A stretch of DNA of 62,342 nt, filler included, from Nemertoderma westbladi (Eukaryota > Animalia > Xenacoelomorpha), in assembly GCA_032718475.1 (NCBI GenBank). It is 3 parts of 3 records of this genome, joined end to end, with 100 filler letters (N's around TTAATTAATTAA, not from the genome) between each part and the next. Parts side by side here need not be neighbours in the genome. Positions count along the whole stretch, not along the records: positions 31,347 to 58,700 come from JAUCBJ010004548.1; 2 more parts are not named here. One strand, written 5' to 3'. Made by a program: the position numbers and the translations under genes. The notes under the pieces were generated by a model, which saw nothing but the letters and a program-made list of their open reading frames with translations, did no database searches and was not told the DNA's origin. How positions within the stretch are numbered: position 1 is the stretch's first letter; each line of letters starts with the position of its first letter. Below, in pieces: positions 41,175 through 54,100 of the stretch.

Positions 41175-41630
41175 ATATCACAAAACTACAATATATAAAT
41201 AAGTAACACAGCTGTATAATGTTTCCTCGTTTAGTGAGTAAGTAAGTATTTCGGTGCAGAATTACGAGGCTCCTTAAAGGTCACTGATAAATACACCAAG
41301 TGGAAATGGTGGGGATACTGAAACATTAAGTCGGCGCATCATCCCGTAGAGTAAACTGAAAGTAAGTTTATTAGAAGCCTCACTGTGACTGAACTAACTC
41401 AAGTTAGGTGCTAAAATATATTAAAATAGTACTTTAATCGTGTCACATCCATGAAAGCCGTACAAGTTACAACACCGTGTACAGTTAAAGTAACACCGAA
41501 CTAAAATTAAATAAATAGTAAATAAGTTGACCTCGGTGCTAAATAATATTTATTTAATTTATCACCAAACATTAAGCAACGAAGCACCCAACTGTTGGTT
41601 TGGTACTGGACTGAGTACAACAGGTTCCAA

Positions 41631-41794
41631 CTAAAACTGACTGGCCATCCCTCCCTTCCTTCTGGGATCAGTTACCGCAAACAGATCATCGTTCTCTCTC
41701 ATCACGCCGTTGACAACACTGAGATCCTCTTGGTTCTCCACAACTACTTGCCCTTTGCCCCGCAAAGCACTCAGAATGGAAGAATTGAAACCCT
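41631..41794 (-). CDS. GGT: Gamma-glutamyltranspeptidase, last coding exon
   Basis: cag acceptor; encodes (K)GFNSSILSALRGKGQVVVENQEDLSVVNGVMRENDDLFAVTDPRRKGGMASQF*. Contains the C-terminal DPR..GG motif; phase 1 matches the upstream donor. Confidence 0.9.
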
Positions 41795-42449
41795 CTGGGT
41801 AAAATACAAAATATTAATTCATAATTTTCGCAGTTAATCATTTATATACCGGAATATCTTTATTTTTAGATTAAGGAATTCAGAAACCATGATGGTAGCT
41901 TTGACTCATAACATAAGTAAGTGCCGTATGCAGTTAATAATCAGGAGTAACCAATTAGGATATTATAGTTATATAACAATTAATTAGAATCTTATAGTTT
42001 TCATCTATTTATATTAACCATGGAAAAATATAGCTTGATTAAAATCAAGGCAATGAAGTCACTGGGTGTTACTGAGGTTACCGCAATTACTGAGACAACA
42101 GTGAGATTCTTAGGCCATGATCATGACATGTATTTGATGCAATTTCATAAATAAAGGAACAATAATTAGAGGTGCATCTTATATTCGATCCTCCAGAGAC
42201 TCGGTTGGATATATATGGGACATCAGTTCGTCCGGATAGTTTGAGTTTGTTTCTGGGTTTACCAGCAGTAATTAATGACACCATATTGTATAACACTAAT
42301 TAATAGTAGTGCAGGACTGCAGGCCGCTCTTGTATGAGAGTAACCATGAGACACAGTGTTCAAACCCTATCCGAGATGATTTTTTAAAACTTCGACTGCT
42401 ATTAATGATAACTTTTAAATCGATAAATCTTAAAAGATAAATTACTTAC

Positions 42450-42696
42450 TTTCTGCGTAGGTACTATTGTCTGGAAGAAGTTGGTTGTGGAGACGAGGTT
42501 TCGTGACGGCGTCAACAAGAGAGTTGGGAGTGTTACCCACGACGAGCTCTAGTATCACACTGGCGGTACTGGTAATGATCCGCGTACCATTGGTGGCTGC
42601 CAGTGCAACGTGACGATTACACAGGTTGCCCTCGATACGAGTTATTGCAGGCGTCATAGAGGACCGAGGGCGTTTCCCAGGAGCCACGTTGTTAAA
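42450..42696 (-). CDS. GGT: Gamma-glutamyltranspeptidase exon (small subunit)
   Basis: cag acceptor and gtaagt donor; FNNVAPGKRPRSSMTP...AVTKPRLHNQLLP. Confidence 0.95.
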
Positions 42697-43185
42697 CTGC
42701 GAGAAAATAAAAACATAAAATAATTTTAACATAAAAACCATATACTGTGTAGCATATTAACAGTAGATGATATTCAGTAGATTTTGTGATCCAAGTTGCG
42801 TGAATTGGGGAAAGCGGATCGCTTGATGAAAGGTGAGGTACATTGGATACGTTGTTGTTTTAGATTATAAGAGGGATTTATATTGAAGTTTGGCAGAAAT
42901 TCAAAAGTTAAAATGTGTAAAAACATGCAATTCTGTCAGAGGGGGATCTCGCAAGAAGTGATGAAGATACCACAATCATTGCTCTTTAAATAAGTCGGGT
43001 CCAGATATATCAAAACGAAAGTCAGGGCACATCGTTGGTTGGCTAAGCTGTTGCGCTTCGATTCCATTACATTAGCACTGGGGTAACAGAACCCAAAAGA
43101 ATGGTAAATGGACCGCGTGGCATAGACCACGTGAAGTTGTGGATTGCCAATCTTTTCGCAATGCTCTTATTGAAAAGTGACGCAC

Positions 43186-43349
43186 CTTGTCGGCCTTCAA
43201 CTCATCAACCCCTATGGCAAAGTCATCCATATCGTTGTTGAGAAGTATACCGTTGCTTGTGACGACCATACTACCGAACCTGCTGTTGATACTTGTAACT
43301 ATAGAAACCATCATACCGTCGTTATCTATAACAGCGATACCAGCAGTAC
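43186..43349 (-). CDS. GGT: Gamma-glutamyltranspeptidase exon starting at the catalytic Thr
   Basis: cag acceptor and gtgcgt donor; (G)TAGIAVIDNDGMMVSIVTSINSRFGSMVVTSNGILLNNDMDDF. Confidence 0.93.
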
Positions 43350-44691
43350 CTGCAACAAATAATAACTTGTTAATTTATCAATAGAATGACAGTTGAAACC
43401 TGTTCCAATAAAAGTTAAACAAACTAACTTATCTAACCCGAAGTAGAAGTTACGGACGGCACTTTGAATTATGGCTTGGCCCACTCAGTTTCACCTTGCC
43501 TGCCTACTGCAATAGAACATGTTCATATAACCAGCACTTAATCAGTTGTAGCCGTGGTCCGCAAGACCATATGTCGTGTCTACAGGGTGGTGCATGGTTT
43601 TGACACTGTTACTACATCGAGTGTACGATGACCATTTCTAGTAACTGTAGTCGTTTTTCTTTAAGTATCCATTATTTCTCTACTGCATCACAGAGCTGGA
43701 CAGTACGAAAGTGCGCTTTAAGGTGAATCAATGTTATATGAATTAGAGGGGCGACATGTTACTCCCCTTTCATACCACATTGTGTTTTATGTTGAGTTGT
43801 ATTGGTTTAGTTCCTAAACAAAAAAAACCTTAGAATTACATCGAATTATCGATAATGTAATTTTAACAACAAAAAAATTACATATTGTGGTTGTAGAGCA
43901 AATCAAATACTACATTTCCCTTCCAGTCTAGCTTATTGACAGTCGTTAACTGCGCTCAATCGGTAACTAAACCTATTGGGGACAAGCGTTAAATAAAGCA
44001 TATTTTATTCACTGCATAATAAATATAATTATTTTCTAGTTTATAAATTAGAAAACTTAAATAAAGTTGAAAATAGTGATGAAGTTTCACAATATTATTG
44101 GGGATGCAGTAAATAGTAAGTAGTATTTGTTAGTTACATTTATTTTATTTATTGTTTATGTAAAACGTAATAATTAGCAAAAAATTTAAGATAAATATCA
44201 TTATAATTATAAGATATAAAATCAACAAAATATCTAACAAACTAAATATCGCGTTTATAAAACACGAATAGAGGACCGAAATTAAATAAATAAACCAACA
44301 AATTTAATTAGTAAATATTTAAATAAATGGTAGTTCCTTTAAGCATCGAGACACAAACAAATCGATATATCAATGAATCTCGAGTTGGCGGATTTCGACA
44401 TATAATATAAATATTCCTGTATTCCGTATACAATAATAGTTACACAATGTATTTTTATGTTATGCAATACTTGCAATGTATAGTATCGCGGGCTATATAA
44501 ATTATTGGGGAGCGGGACATTGATAGCCAGTTGTAGTAGATATGGCATGATGACATGTGCAGATGCGTATGATTTATGTGGGCTGCTTTTAGTTATACCG
44601 GTACCGGAACAACTAGCCGTGAAGTGGCTGGAAGGTAAACAAACAGACACTCAACCGCCGATGAGTCAGTCCAGCACTACCGTAAGGATCA

Positions 44692-45324
44692 TTAACTCCT
44701 CAGAGCGGCTAATCTCGCTGTCATATCGTCCTCTTCTACTTCTACCGATGGTCCCGGCTCCTCCAACTCGTGTCTCTCTATACTCGGCATCGCACTGAGT
44801 TTTCCCTTCGTTATCTCCGCAATCACTTTCTCTACCTCCTCGTCCGCTGCCTCATCTAACTCTTCGTCATCGTCCATCGCTCCCATGGAGTCCTCCATCA
44901 TCTCCTCGATGATACCCGCCTTCATCATCTCCTTGGACATTGCTTGCATCGTCGCCGATACCTCCTGCACCTTCAGCAGACTGTTCATCGACTTCATAAC
45001 GTCGGCGCTCTTACTTAATGCCCCGGAAACCCGCACGGAGGCCGCCTGGTTCTTCATCTGCATCTCTATGGAGTTTAGATGCGCCTTGGTGGTGTACATC
45101 TTATTGACCCCTTTCCGTGATTGCAGTATCTCTTTAGCGAGTATCTTACACACATCTTTGTCGCCCTTCTTCGCGGAATCCTTTAAACTCCTCTCGACTT
45201 TGAGTTGTTCCCGTTTTATACCGTTTATCTGTCGTTCAATCTGTCGTTCTTGCTTCCGAATTTCGCGAGTCCACTCAGTAACCAGTGCTTTAGGATCTTT
45301 CTTGGTTTCACCAAATAAGCCCAT
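44692..45324 (-). CDS. CHMP3: Charged multivesicular body protein 3 (VPS24, ESCRT-III); CDS has no introns
   Basis: MGLFGETKKDPKALVTEW..IRKQER..CKILAKE..MSKEMMKAGIIEEM..MTARLAALRS; full length and intact. An additional in-frame ATG lies at 45327. Confidence 0.95.
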   Translation of the reverse strand: MGLFGETKKDPKALVTEWTREIRKQERQIERQINGIKREQLKVERSLKDSAKKGDKDVCKILAKEILQSRKGVNKMYTTKAHLNSIEMQMKNQAASVRVSGALSKSADVMKSMNSLLKVQEVSATMQAMSKEMMKAGIIEEMMEDSMGAMDDDEELDEAADEEVEKVIAEITKGKLSAMPSIERHELEEPGPSVEVEEDDMTARLAALRS

Positions 45325-46711
45325 CATTCAGCAGAATCGAACATATTTCATATTATATATATTTTCATATTACAGAATTCCTGGTATTATATACGGTAGG
45401 CCTATATCATACAATTACATAATTGATCTTCATACAATTAATAGCCATACAGCCAGCCAGCCATATGGTAATGCTATAGGCCTAATTTCTGAATTTATTA
45501 ATGGAGTCCAATACTGGAGTACAGGAGTATGACAGGAGTATGATAGAAAAGTGTAGGGCTGTATCAATGCTATAACAGTATAACGCTGTAATGAACGTAC
45601 AGTGAGGAACTGCATTCAGTCTGTCACTCTCTACTGCTCTAGGTCTGGAGTACTGGTGTCTTATATCAGTAACGCAGTATGTGTTCATATAGCGGGATGA
45701 ATGAATGTTAGCTATAAATTTTAAAATTATTATAAACAAAAAATTTAAATAACTATTTTACATACTTGTGTGTTGTAAAGTAGCACTTTACAGTATGATG
45801 ATCCGAGTGCTTTGTTACACGAACGAACGTTAGTGAGTGAGTGAGTGAGTGAAAATAAAGCCACGGGAATCAGAACACTGTAAAGTACTTTGCAAGGTTG
45901 CAACAAGTATGTATGTAGTTTTATTCCAAAATTTTAATATTACGAAATGATTGTACACATATATTATAAGTGATAGAAACTGCAAAAATTATATTAGTTG
46001 CTGTATAAATAAATGTAAAAATGACATAAATTATGTTATAAATAAGTTAGCTTATATTTATGATAGCGTTTGGAGCCATGTTAATAATATAGACACTGGT
46101 TATTAATTAATAGCTACCGGTAGGTAATGCAGTAGGCCTATCTGGCTGTCAGGCAATTAATAATAAATCCCAACTATTGTTTATGTCGGAACCATGACGG
46201 CGTGACTTTACGGTCACGCCGTCGGGACATTTCATAAATAATAATACACCAATACAATACTAAATGTACAGGCCAATACAATACTGTAATGTCCTCTAAA
46301 GTTGTAAAGTGCTAAATAACAACTCGCTGCTAATACTAACGGCATTGAGTAATGTTACAATTTTGGAATAAAATATATTTACAACAGTGCAAAACATAAC
46401 AAAAAATTAAATGATATTTGAAATCAGATCCTGCTATTTTCTCGTCTTGACAGTTTCCTGCTCATCTGCAACTCGACAGCCCACGATTATGGTTGATTGA
46501 AAAATTAAAATCGTCTATCGCTAAATCTAAAAAAGACTGACTGAAGCTACTTTCTTCACTAATGTAGTAAAAAAGTGCCTTGACATGCCCTTGACATTGA
46601 ATTAACAATCAACATATAACACTCACAAATAGTACCAAATTCCTAGGAATCTATATACGTAGGTAATAAATACAAACATATAAAAACATAACACAACACA
46701 TATAATATACA

Positions 46712-48022
46712 CGAAGTGGGGCCTTCGCGCAGCACGTGACTTAAATTTAATTTAAGTACTAATTCGAAAGTATTACTGTATTAGCAAATTTTAAGCAGAT
46801 TTCGCCTAATCACTTTTTACCTCTTTCATTTCTATTCAGACATTTCTGACTCTAGCGGTATAGTGAGAACTGAAGATGGATTAGGGTCTCCAGCCCCACA
46901 AAGACACAGCCTATGGATGAATAGTACATACGTACATCGGCCAAGTTTCATCTTGAATAACGGATAACGAAATGAGAGACGGATCTCACTTTCAGAAATT
47001 TCGTCGTATAGCGGCAGACCGATTAAATCTCCCCCCCCCCCCCCCCCCCCACAAAGACGCAGCATGTGGTCCAGAATATATGGCAAGATTCAGCTTAAAC
47101 TGATTAAAATCAATGAGACGGGAGAATCTATTCACTTTCAGGCATAAAGTAGTCCTATAGCGGGTGACTGTTGAACTGATTTTCAACAAAACAAATTTTC
47201 AACTTGGCAGCTTTAAATTCGACAAAGTTATAAGCATGTCAATATCATAACGACGACAACGATTTCACTTTCAGACATTTGGCCCTCTAGCGGCAGACTG
47301 GAGAACTGCAGATGGATTCGCCTCCTTTGAAAGTCACAGCTAATGGTCTAATACATATCTGCCAAGTTTCAGCTTAAACGGATTAAAAGCAAAGAAATGG
47401 GAGGGCATTTAATGTTTAGACATGTGGCCCTCTAGCGGGAGACCATTGCACTGATGGTGTCTGAAAGTCTCTCAAAAATCTCAACTTTAGCTCATATTGA
47501 TACCTACAAATTTTCAACTTGGCAGCTTTAAATCCGACAAAGTTATTAGCATGTCAAAATCGTAACGACGACAACGATTTCACTTTCAGACCTTTGGCCC
47601 TCTAGCGGCAGACTGGAGAACTGCAGATGGATTCGCCTCCTTTGAAAGTCACAGCTAATGGTCTAATACATATCTGCCAAGTTTCAGCTTAAACGGATTA
47701 AAAGCAAAGAAATGGGAGGGCATTTAATGTTTAGACATGTGGCCCTCTAGCGGGAGACCATTGCACTGATGGTGTCTGAAAGTCTCTCAAAAATCTCAAC
47801 TTTTGCTCATATTGATACCTACAAATTTTCAACTTGGCAGCTTTAAATCCGACAAAGTTATTAGCATGTCAAAATCGTAACGACGACGACGACGACGACA
47901 ACGACGACGACGACGACGACAACGACGACGACGACGACGACGACAACTATTTGCATAAATTGACCCACCCCCTAACAGTGTCAATTCGCTAAGGCTCCGC
48001 CAACTTCGTGGCTCGCCCCACA
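46712..48022. mobile_element. Non-autonomous element with tandem units of about 315 bp and an (ACG)n microsatellite (Helentron/DINE-like architecture)
   Basis: ttttcaacttggcagctttaaa recurs at about 47196, 47511 and 47826. (ACG)n spans 47880-47946. Short inverted ends gtgggg / ccccac. Classification is tentative. Confidence 0.5.
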
Positions 48023-48161
48023 TACTCTCATACAAACATACCTTAACTACGGCATTAAACTATGGGGTAGTGCGCATTCTACTACACTAAATCCTCTAAG
48101 AATTAAATAAAATAAAATAGTCAATAAAATAAATTAAAATAGTTAATAAATAATAAAATAT

Positions 48162-50075
48162 CGGAATCCTGTACCAGACCCGAGACGGTATCTCTTACCG
48201 GAATCCTGTACCAGACCCAAGAAGGTATCTCCCAACTTACCGGAATCCTGTACCAGACCCGAGACGGTATCTCCCAACTTACCGGAATCCTGTACCAGAC
48301 CCGAGACGGTATCTCCCAACTTACCGGAATCCAGTACCAGACCCAAGAAGGTATCTCCCAACTTACCGGAATCATGTACCAGACCCAAGAAGACGGTATC
48401 TCCCAACTTACCGGAATCCTGTACCAGACCCGAGCCGCTATCTCTTACCGGAATCCTGTACCAGACCCAAGAAGGTATCTCCCAACTTACCGGAATCCTG
48501 TACCAGACCCAAGAAGGTATCTCCCAACTTACCGGAATCCAGTACCAGACCCAAGAAGGTATCTCCCAACTTAGCGGAATCATGTACCAGACCCAAGAAG
48601 ACGGTATCTCCCAACTTACCGGAATCCTGTACCAGACCCGAGCCGCTATCTCTTACCGGAATCCTGTACCAGACCCAAGAAGGTATCTCCCAACTTACCG
48701 GAATCCTGTACCAGACCCGAGCCGCTATCTCTTACCGGAATCCTGTACCAGACCCAAGAAGGTATCTCCCAACTTACCGGAATCATGTACCAGACCCAAG
48801 AAGACGGTATCTCCCAACTTACCGGAATCCTGTACCAGACCCGAGACGGTATGGTATCTCTTACCGGAATCCTGTACCAGACCCAAGAAGGTATCTCCCA
48901 ACTTACCGGAATCCTGTACCAGACCCAAGAAGGTATCTCCCAACTTACCGGAATCCAGTACCAGACCCAATAAGGTATCTCCCAACTTACCGGAATCATG
49001 TACCAGACCCAAGAAGACGGTATCTCCCAACTTACCGGAATCCTGTACCAGACCCGAGCCGCTATCTCTTACCGGAATCCTGTACCAGACCCAAGAAGGT
49101 ATCTCCCAACTTACCGGAATCCTGTACCAGACCCGAGCCGCTATCTCTTACCGGAATCCTGTACCAGACCCAAGAAGGTATCTCCCAACTTACCGGAATC
49201 CTGTACCAGACCCAAGAAGGTATCTCCCAACTTACCGGAATCCTGTACCAGACCCAAGACGGTATCTCCCAACTTACCGGAATCCTGTACCAGACCCAAG
49301 ACGGTATCTATCTCCCAACTTACCGGAATCCTGTACCAGACCCGAGCCGCTATCTCTTACCGGAATCCTGTACCAGACCCAAGACGGTATCTCTTACAGG
49401 AATCCTGTACCAGACCTGAGCCGCTATCTCTTACCGGAATCCTGTACCAGACCCGAGACGGTATCTCTTACCGGAATCCTGTACCAGACCCGAGCCGCTA
49501 TCTCTTACCGGAATCCTGTACCAGACCCAAGACGCCGGAATCCTGTACCAGACCCGAGCCGCTATCTCTTACCGGAATCCTGTACCAGACCCAAGACGGT
49601 ATCTTTTACCGGAATCCTGTACCACACCCGAGCCGGTATCTCTTACCGGAATCCTGTACCAGACCCGAGCCGCTATCTCTTACCGGAATCCTGTACCAAC
49701 CCAAGACGGTATCTCCCAACTTACCGGAATCCTGTACCAGACCCGAGAAGGTATCCCCCAACTTACCGGAATCCTGTACCAGACCCGAGCCGGTATCTCT
49801 TACCGGAATCCTGTACCAGACCCGAGCCGCTATCTCTTACCGGAATCCTGTACCAACCCAAGACGGTATCTCACAACTTACCGGAATCCTGTACCAGACC
49901 CGAGAAGGTATCTCCCAACTTACCGGAATCCTGTACCAGACCCAAGAAGGTATCTCCCAACTTACCGGAATCCTGTACCAGACCCGAGCCGCTATCTCTT
50001 ACCGGAATCCTGTACCAGACCCGAGGAGGTATCTCCCAACTTACCGGAATCCTGTACCAGACCCGAGCCGCTATC
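48162..50075 (-). repeat. Minisatellite of 37/42/45-bp units derived from the GGT exon end plus donor site, about 45-50 copies
   Basis: Minus-strand core gggtctggtacaggattccg|gtaag is identical to the end of exon 50045-50316 and its donor. Confidence 0.92.
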
Positions 50076-50316
50076 CTCACTCGGGACGCCGAATGCGTTA
50101 TCGATGTAGAACTCGGTATCGCGAGCGGAAGGGTCTTTAAGTATTCGCGCTCGGATAAGCTGACCAGTCGATGGGTCAACCATCTGTTTGACCCAGTAGT
50201 CGACATCCAACCCGTTGCTGACTGCGGGATCCGCCGTCTTTAAGCGCTGTGCGTACGCGTACTTAAACGCTTCTACTAAATATTCTGTACGGGTTGGCTC
50301 TTCCAAAGTCACATTC
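50045..50316 (-). CDS. GGT: Gamma-glutamyltranspeptidase exon (end of large subunit)
   Basis: tag acceptor and gtaagt donor; NVTLEEPTRTEYLVEAFKYAYAQRLKTADP...GVPSEDSGSGLVQDS(G). It carries the EAFKxAYAxRxxxxDP motif, and its phase 1 end joins gt-act to give Gly-Thr. Confidence 0.9.
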
Positions 50317-50817
50317 CTACAGTCAGAATAATTATAATCAAAATAAGTATTATAGGGCCTCATTCCATCATAAGCTAACTAACTACCCGATGCATTCGCT
50401 CCACTGCACCATCAATATTATCGAAAACACCCGCTTGGATAAACCGTAACATTTGGAGACCCTAATAGCTGCCCTAGAATAGAACGGAATACAATAGAGT
50501 ACCAAGTATTAGTTCATGTTCTTACGCAGGATATACGGGAAGATTCACTGTTACAATAAATATTACAATTAAAGGGCTTTTGTTTTGGGGAATTCACTCA
50601 CGCGAATAATTTTAACATTGTACATTTTAATTTTGTAACATTTTAATATCAGAAAGCGTGGTCATGTAACTAGAATAGTGTTCAATGTCATGATATAATA
50701 TTCCGGAATATCCAAATAGCGATTGAGACTCAAAGGATTTTAAATCTAATCTAGGAAAGCTAATTTTACATAACTCAACTAAACACAAGAATTAAGGTAA
50801 TGTTTTAATACACTAAC

Positions 50818-50987
50818 ACGTCAAAGTCCATGATGTTTAGAATAGAGAGTAACGTGGGTCCGCCGCTAGGGGGGCCTGGTACGAATGTTGTGAATCCCTT
50901 AGAGTTGGTGTAGTTAAGTGGCTCGCCCCATTGTACACTGTATGTCTGTAAATCCGACATCCGAATGTAGCCCCCAAGTTGCTTCAG
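50818..50987 (-). CDS. GGT: Gamma-glutamyltranspeptidase exon (large subunit); not shown in this frame by the ORF track
   Basis: tag acceptor and gttagt donor; LKQLGGYIRMSDLQTYSVQWGEPLNYTNSKGFTTFVPGPPSGGPTLLSILNIMDFD(V). It matches the GGT motifs GG.I...DL..Y and PPS.G..L..ILNI; phases 0 and 2 are compatible with neighbours. Confidence 0.9.
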
Positions 50988-51148
50988 CTACGAAGTTATA
51001 ATTAATAAAAAAAAATAATAAAAATAAAATAATAAATATTTTAATACAATTTTTTAAACAAATTGATAAATAATTTTGAATTCTTAAATTATGAGACTGG
51101 AATGTTTCAATATTTGGGATACAAAAACCTATTTTATAAAAGATATTT

Positions 51149-54100
51149 ATCATCCACTAGAGTATGTCCAATAGTTCCGTTCTACAGATACTCACATCAT
51201 CCACTAGAGTATGTCCAATAGTTCCGTTCTACAGATACTCACATCATCCACTAGAGTATGTCCAATAGTTCCGTTCTACAGATACTCACATCATCCACTA
51301 GAGTATGTCCAATAGTTCCGTTCTACAGATACTCACATCATCCACTAGAGTATGTCCAATAGTTCCGTTCTACAGATACTCACATCATCCACTAGAGTAT
51401 GTCCAATAGTTCCGTTCTACAGATACTCACATCATCCACTAGAGTATGTCCAATAGTTCCGTTCTACAGATACTCACATCATCCACTAGAGTATGTCCAA
51501 TAGTTCCGTTCTACAGATACTCACATCATCCACTAGAGTATGTCCAATAGTTCCGTTCTACAGATACTCACATCATCCACTAGAGTATGTCCAATAGTTC
51601 CGTTCTACAGATACTCACATCATCCACTAGAGTATGTCCAATAGTTCCGTTCTACAGATACTCACATCATCCACTAGAGTATGTCCAATAGTTCCGTTCT
51701 ACAGATACTCACATCATCCACTAGAGTATGTCCAATAGTTCCGTTCTACAGATACTCACATCATCCACTAGAGTATGTCCAATAGTTCCGTTCTACAGAT
51801 ACTCACATCATCCACTAGAGTATGTCCAATAGTTCCGTTCTACAGATACTCACATCATCCACTAGAGTATGTCGATTAGTTCCGTTCTACAGATACTCAC
51901 ATCATCCACTAGAGTATGTCCAATAGTTCCGTTCTACAGATACTCACATCATCCACTAGAGTATGTCCAATAGTTCCGTTCTACAGATACTCACATCATC
52001 CACTAGAGTATGTCGATTAGTTCCGTTCTACAGATACTCACATCATCCACTAGAGTATGTCCAATAGTTCCGTTCTACAGATACTCACATCAACCACTAG
52101 AGTATGTCCAATAGTTCCGTTCTACAGATACTCACATCATCCACTAGAGTATGTCGATTAGTTCCGTTCTACAGATACTCACATCATCCACTAGAGTATG
52201 TCCAATAGTTCCGTTCTACAGATACTCACATCAACCACTAGAGTATGTCCAATAGTTCCGTTCTACAGATACTCACATCATCCACTAGAGTATGTCCAAT
52301 AGTTCCGTTCTACAGATACTCACATCATCCACTAGAGTATGTCCAATAGTTCCGTTCTACAGATACTCACATCATCCACTAGAGTATGTCCAATAGTTCG
52401 CTCTACATATACTCACATCATCCACTAGAGTATGTCCAATAGTTCGCTCTACAGATACTCACATCATCCACTAGAGTATGTCCAATAGTTCCGTTCTACA
52501 GATACTCACATCATCCACTAGAGTATATCCAATAGTTCCGTTCTACATATACTCACATCATCCACTAGAGTATGTCCAATAGTTCGCTCTACAGATACTC
52601 ACATCATCCACTAGAGTATGTCCAATAGTTCCGTTCTACAGGTACTCACATCATCCACTAGAGTATGTCCAATAGTTCCGTTCTACAGATACTCACATCA
52701 TCCACTAGAGTATGTCCAATAGTTCCGTTCTACAGATACTCACATCATCCACTAGAGTATGTCTAATAGTTCCGTTCTACATATACTCACATCATCCACT
52801 AGAGTATGTCCAATAGTTCCGTTCTACAGATACTCACATCATCCACTAGAGTATGTCCAATAGTTCCGTTCTACAGATACTCACATCATCCACTAGAGTA
52901 TGTCCAATAGTTCGCTCTACATATACTCACATCATCCACTAGAGTATGTCCAATAGTTCGCTCTACAGATACTCACATCATCCACTAGAGTATGTCCAAT
53001 AGTTCCGTTCTACAGATACTCACATCATCCACTATAGTATGTCCAATAGTTCCGTTCTACAGATACTCACATCATCCACTAGAGTATGTCCAATAGTTCC
53101 GTTCTACAGGTACTCACATCATCCACTAGAGTATGTCCAATAGTTCCGTTCTACAGATACTCACATCATCCACTAGAGTATGTCCAATAGTTCCGCTCTA
53201 CAGGTACTCACATCATCCACTAGAGTATGTCCAATAGTTCCGTTCTACAGATACTCACATCATCCACTAGAGTATGTCCAATAGTTCCGTTCTACAGATA
53301 CTCACATCATCCACTAGAGTATGTCCAATAGTTCCGTTCTACAGATACTCACATCATCCACTAGAGTATGTCCAATAGTTCCGCTCTACAGGTACTCACA
53401 TCATCCACTAGAGTATGTCCAATAGTTCCGTTCTACAGATACTCACATCATCCACTAGAGTATGTCCAATAGTTCCGCTCTACAGGTACTCACATCATCC
53501 ACTAGAGTATGTCCAATAGTTCCGTTCTACAGATACTCACATCATCCACTAGAGTATGTCCAATAGTTCCGCTCTACAGATACTCACATCATCCACTAGA
53601 GTATGTCCAATAGTTCCGTTCTACAGATACTCACATCATCCACTAGAGTATGTCCAATAGTTCCGTTCTACAGATACTCACATCATCCACTAGAGTATGT
53701 CCAATAGTTCCGTTCTACAGATACTCACATCATCCAGTAGAGCATGTCCAATAGTTCCGCTCTACAGGTACTCACATCATCCACTAGAGTATGTCCAATA
53801 GTTCCGTTCTACAGATACTCACATCATCCACTAGAGTATGTCCAATAGTTCCGTTCTACAGATACTCACATCATCCACTAGAGTATGTCCAATAGTTCCG
53901 TTCTACAGATACTCACATCATCCACTAGAGTATGTCCAATAGTTCCGTTCTACAGATACTCACATCATCCACTAGAGTATGTCCAATAGTTCCGTTCTAC
54001 AGATACTCACATCATCCACTAGAGTATGTCCAATAGTTCCGTTCTACAGATACTCACATCATCCACTAGAGTATGTCCAATAGTTCCGTTCTACAGATAC

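Noticed and set aside
44885-45532. 215-aa plus-strand ORF
   Set aside because: Antisense shadow of CHMP3.
48121-50243. Long ORFs of 553 and 380 aa (+) and shorter minus-strand ORFs
   Set aside because: They are translations of the minisatellite; the real coding signal is the minus-strand GGT exon.
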